Part shown: piece after piece, positions 59,345 through 64,000 of the stretch
How positions within the stretch are numbered: position 1 is the stretch's first letter
Layout of the letters: each line of letters starts with the position of its first letter
Source of the DNA: Leucoraja erinacea
Lineage: Eukaryota
Assembly (NCBI RefSeq): GCF_028641065.1
Contig: NC_073400.1
Coordinates: forward strand, 19,158,001 to 19,222,000
Length of the DNA: 64,000 bases
Reading direction: 5' to 3'
The notes under the pieces: generated by a model
Database searches by the model: none
Told to the model about the DNA's origin: nothing
The model's input: only the letters and a program-made list of their open reading frames with translations
Translations under genes and position numbers: made by a program

Positions 59345-60890
59345 TATGCCAGCCTTCACAGTGGAAGACACCAGCAATATGCCAGTCAGGGGGCAGTAGT
59401 TAGTGGAGTTGCTATTACCAAGGAGAAGGCTTAGGAAGGTGAAAGTACTGAAGGTGGAAAAGTCACTTGGACTGGGTTCTGAAAGATAGCTTTAGAGATT
59501 ATGGAGGGATTAGTAGTAATCTTTCAAGAATCACTAGAGTCAGGAGTGGTCCCAGAGGACTGGAAAATTGCAAATGCTACTCCACGAGGCAAAAGATATG
59601 TGTACGAAGGAACTGCAGATGCTGGTTTAAACCGAAGATAGACACAGAAAACTGGAGTAACTCAGCGGGGAAGAGAAGTCCCGGTCTGAAGAAGGGTCTT
59701 AACCCGAAACGTCACTCATTCCTTCTCTCCAGAGATGCTGCCTGGCCTGCTCGGTTACTCCAGCTTTTTGTATTCATCCTCAAGGCAAAGGCTTTGCTGG
59801 TTAGCCTGACTTCAGTGGTAGGTAAGATTTTAGAGTCCATTATTAAGTTTAGTTCAGAGATACAGCACGGAAACAGGCCTTTCAGCCCACTGTTCACACC
59901 GACCAGCGATCCCTGCACATGAATGCTATCCTACACACACACTAGGGACAATTGACACTTATACCAAGCCAATGAACCTACAAACCTAGATGCCTTTGGA
60001 GTGTGGGAGGAAACTGGTGATCTCGGAGAAAACCCACACAGTCACGGGGAGAATGTACAAACTCCATACAGAAAGCTCCCTTAGTCTGGATCGAACCTGG
60101 GCCTGCGGTGGTGCAAGGGCTGCAAGGCAGCAAATCTACCCCTGCGCCACCATGAAGGATGAGGTTTCTGACTACATAGAAGCACATGATAAAATGGGCC
60201 AAAGTCAGCATGGTTTTGTGGAGAGATCTTACCTGACAAGTGTTGGAATTCTTTGAGGAATTAGCAGGATTGACATAGGAGAGTCAGTGGATGTAGTTTA
60301 CCTGGATTTTCAGGCTTTTGAGAAGGCGCATCATGAGGTTGCTAAAGAACAGAGACAGAGAGACCTGGGTGTCCTTGTACACCAATCACTGAATGTTGGC
60401 GTGCAGGTACAGCAGACAGTGAAGAAAGCTATTGGAATGTTGGCTTTCATAACAAGAGAGATTTCAGTATAGGAGTAAAGAGGTTCTTCTGCAGTTGTAT
60501 AGGGCTCTGATGAGACCACATTTGGAGTATTGTGTACAGTTTTGGTCTCCTAATTTGAGGAAGGACATCTTTGTGATTCAGGCAGTTCAGCGTAGGTTCA
60601 CGAGTTTAATCCCTGGGATGGCGGGACTGTCATATGAGGAAAGATTGAAAAGACTAGGCTTATATTCACTGGAGTTTAGAAGGATGAGGGGATCTTATAG
60701 AAACATATAAAATTATTAAAGCGCTGGACAAGCTAGATGCAGGAAAAACGTTCCCAATGTTGGGCGAGTTCAGAACCCAGGGGTATTAGAATAAAGGGGA
60801 GGTCATTTAAGACTGAGGTGAGAAAAAACGTTTCCACCCAGAGAGTTGTGAATTTTTGGAATTCCCTGCCACAGAGGGTAGTGGAGACCA
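59345..60890 (+). mobile_element. Fragmented CR1 LINE with nested Penelope-derived repeat and V-SINE
   Basis: VPEDWKIAN; LTSVVGKILESII; [18 protein letters not shown]. Confidence 0.85.
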
Positions 60891-61804
60891 AGTCTTTGTG
60901 AGGGTGAAGGAGAGAGGGGGTGTAGGGAAGTAGGGAAGTGGGGGAGAGCAGGGCAGGGGGGAGGGGAGGGAGGGAGAAGGGGGGGGGGGGGTCGGGAGAA
61001 GGAGGAATAGAACACACTACTTACTCCTCAAACCCCCTCCCCACACTCTCCTGTCCCCTCCCTTCCCCCACATTCACCTATTTCGTATCTCCTCCCCCTC
61101 CCACCATCCCCCCTTCTCCTGCCCCACAATCTACCCCAACCCTTCCCTCCCACCCACCTTCCCTCCATCTCTCTCCCCACTTCCCCATCAATCCCTTCCC
61201 TCCCTCACTGTCTCTCTCCCTCCCGCTATCCCCTCCTCCACCTACCCCCTCCTCCCCTATCCCTCCCCATCTATCCACCCTATCTCCATCTCTCTCCCCC
61301 CCAATCCCCTCCTCCTCTCTCTCTCCCCTCTCTCTCCCCCACACTACCTCTCTCCCCTCCCTCCCCCCCCTGCCCCCCCCCCCCTCCCCTCTCTCCTCCC
61401 TCCCCCCCTCTCCTCCCCCCCCCCACCCCCCTGCCCTCCCCCCCTCCACCCTCCTTCCCCCCCCCCCCCCCCCCCCCCCCCTCCCCCCCCCCCTGCCTCT
61501 CTGCCCATCCCAGCGTGTTCGGGAGGCGCTGATGCGGCAGATCGGCGGCGGGCGGACGATCGAGCGGGCCGGGGCGGGGAGGTGTTGACGCCGGCTGGTG
61601 GTGCATTGGAGCTGCCGCTGCCGCTGCCGGGTAGGAGGGTGCGGTCTGTGCCCGCACACTCGCTGCGTTATTGGCAGCCTCGCCTCTCCGCCCCTCCCTG
61701 ATCTTCCTCCAGCCCGCACCAGCATCGAGCGGCTGCCGGCGACGGAGCGACCGCTGTTCAGCACCAAGGACAGAGAAGGGACGGGACGGGCGCTGCCTGC
61801 CGCA

Positions 61805-61886
61805 ATGTTGCTGCGGATCCTCGCCCTGACTTGCCGGCTGCTGCCGCTGGCTCTCGGCAACTTCCAACTCGACAGCGGCCTCGAAG
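61805..61886 (+). CDS. Putative first coding exon (signal peptide) of an unidentified secreted or membrane protein gene
   Basis: gcaATG MLLRILALTCRLLPLALGNFQLDSGLE G|gtaaga (82 nt, phase 1) inside a CpG island at ~61510-61940. Confidence 0.6.
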
Positions 61887-61964
61887 GTAAGAGCAGCGGC
61901 CCCGCCGCCGCCACTGTGTCGCTCGGCCGCCCGGACATAACTACTGGGATGTCCATATAGGCGA

Positions 61965-62335
61965 GCACACATAGACATAGAGACTGAAATACACAGGCAC
62001 ACACACAAACCCTCACAGACATAGATAGAGATACAATCAAACACACACACACACAAACACAAACACATATAAACAGAAATACACACACACAGTACAGACA
62101 CAAACAGACAGAGATGCAATCAAATGCACGCACAGATAGACACACTGAGAGACAGCCACATACGCAGACGGAGAGACACACACACACACACACACAAATA
62201 CACAGACAGAAACACACAAAAGAGACACGCACAGATAAAGAGACGCAAACATACACAGGCAAAGATAGACAGGCACAAAGACACACGGACACAGAATGAC
62301 ACCGACACAAAGGCGGACACAGGGGAGACACACAC
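61965..62335. repeat. (CA)/(GACA)-rich low-complexity tract; GT-rich counterpart from ~62570 to the window end
   Basis: Direct composition. Confidence 0.85.
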
Positions 62336-62758
62336 CCTTCGCCGCGCCCGGTGCAGTGTGATTTAGGAGGGCGCTGCAGCAATGGCTGCCGTCGCTGCTG
62401 GGTCGGGGTCCGGGCGTCGGCACTTGTTTACCGAGCAGCCCTGTCTCTCTGACACTAAACCCTTGTTGTCGCCAAATGCTGCAGCGAATGGCGTCAGCGA
62501 GCAGTCCGCTCTCTGCACAGTCGGCAGCCAGTCTTTGTTAAGGATCTGATGATGAGAAGCGTGATGGTGGGTTAGAGAGAGGCGCTGTGTGAGCGTGTGT
62601 GTGAGAGAGGGGCTGTGTGTTTGTGTTTGTTGTGTGCGTGTGAGAGGGGCTGTGTGTGAGTGAGAGAGAGTGAGGGGGATTGTTCGTGAGAGAGGAGGAT
62701 TGTGTGTGTGAGAATGGCTGTGGCATGAGACGGGTTGTGTATGTAAAGGGTGGCATCG

Positions 62759-62925
62759 NNNNNNNNNNNNNNNNNNNNNNNNNNNNNNNNNNNNNNNNNN
62801 NNNNNNNNNNNNNNNNNNNNNNNNNNNNNNNNNNNNNNNNNNNNNNNNNNNNNNNNNNNNNNNNNNNNNNNNNNNNNNNNNNNNNNNNNNNNNNNNNNNN
62901 NNNNNNNNNNNNNNNNNNNNNNNNN
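62759..62925. other. Assembly gap (N run)
   Basis: Run of N. Confidence 1.
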
Positions 62926-64000
62926 AAGAGGGATTATGTGTGCTGTGTTAAAGAGGGATTGTTTATGTTAGAGGATTCTTTGTGTGTGTGTGTTTTATGG
63001 AGAGATTTTGAAATGTGTGTGTGTGTGTGGTAGTTCAGAGGGATTTTGTGTGTTGTATTAGAGAGGGAATGAGAGGTGTTTGTTCCACTGGAATTGTGAA
63101 GTGTTTTGTTACAGGGGGGGGGGGGGGGTGTGTGTGTGTGTTGGAGTGGGACTGTCAGAGTATGTGCACAGACGGCTGTGAAGGCCAAGTCATTTGGTGC
63201 TTTAGGCAGAGATTGACAGATCATTGATCAGTAAGAGTGTCAGGGTTATAGGGAGAAGGCAGGAGAATGGGGTTGAGAGGGAAAGATAGATCAACCATGA
63301 TTGAATTGCAGAAGAGACTTGATGGGCCAAATGGCCTGATTTTGCTCCTTTGACTTAGGAACATGTTAGAGGAGGAGTGAGTGTGTGTGAGAGTGTGTGT
63401 TGGAGAACGATTGTGTGTGTTCAGGAGTTATGTGTGTATTTGAGGGGTATGGTGTGTGTGTGTGTTGGAGGAGCGTTGTACGTGTGTTAGATAGGAATGA
63501 TATGTGTTGGTGAGGGATTGTGTGTGTTAGTAGGGGGTCTGTGTGTGTTACATATGGATGGTGTGTGTTTTTATTTTTGTTAGAGGGGTTGTTTGTATGT
63601 TTGTCTATTGGAGGAGGTTGTGTGCTGGGTTGCAGGGGAGTTGTGTGTGCTAGATGGGGGACTGTGTGTGTGCATTAGAGGCAGATGGTATGCGCTAGAG
63701 GCTTTGTGTGTGTGTTTGTTTTTGTTAGAAGTGATTTTGTGTCAGTTAGAGGGGATTGTGTGTGTCAGAGGGGATCGTGTGTGTTAAAGGGGTTCTGTGT
63801 GTATTTGAGGGGTATGGGTGTGTGTGCGTGTGTGTGTGGTGGGGGGGAGGGTTGTGTGTGAGTTAGAGGGGGATTGTATGTGTGTGTGTTGGAGAGCAAG
63901 TGAGTGTGTGCCGGAGGGGGAATGTGTATGTGAGCGTGTCTTTGTTGGGGAGGGATTGTGTGTGTTAGTGGGGGACTGCGTGTTTTTATCAGAGGGGAAT

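Noticed and set aside
61805-61886. Naming the downstream gene (INSRR- or DDR2-like leaders considered)
   Set aside because: Only vague resemblance over 27 residues, which cannot support a name.
61078-62382. 434-aa minus-strand ORF
   Set aside because: It spans CA-repeat and G-rich low-complexity DNA and has no domain signal.

Overview
Eukaryotic, GC-rich and repeat-dense vertebrate DNA. The repeat complement (CR1, V-SINE/HE1-like, Penelope, Tc1) suggests a cartilaginous fish, probably a skate or ray; this is inference. Hand-spliced gene content: (1) the 3' end of a C2H2 zinc-finger gene (+, 1-1038); (2) a CTX-family, IGSF11-like V-C2-TM Ig gene (-, 13849-18374; signal-peptide exon not found; two 1-bp indels in one exon); (3) two tandem intact four-exon copies of the single-domain rhodanese TSTD1 (+, 24881-26663 and 31640-33438), whose coding differences cluster at the catalytic loop; (4) F11R/JAM-A, 10 exons (+, 40756-57419) with a CCAAT/GC-box promoter and two probable homopolymer errors; (5) a signal-peptide first exon of an unidentified gene (+, 61805-61886). 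The TSTD1 duplication junction is a chimeric CR1 3' end, consistent with unequal crossover. Penelope-derived short repeats carry a minimal hammerhead-ribozyme motif at about 13 sites and often form fold-back insertions. There are two assembly gaps. No prokaryotic-type systems such as CRISPR are present, and most ORFs in the supplied track are low-complexity or transposon artefacts.
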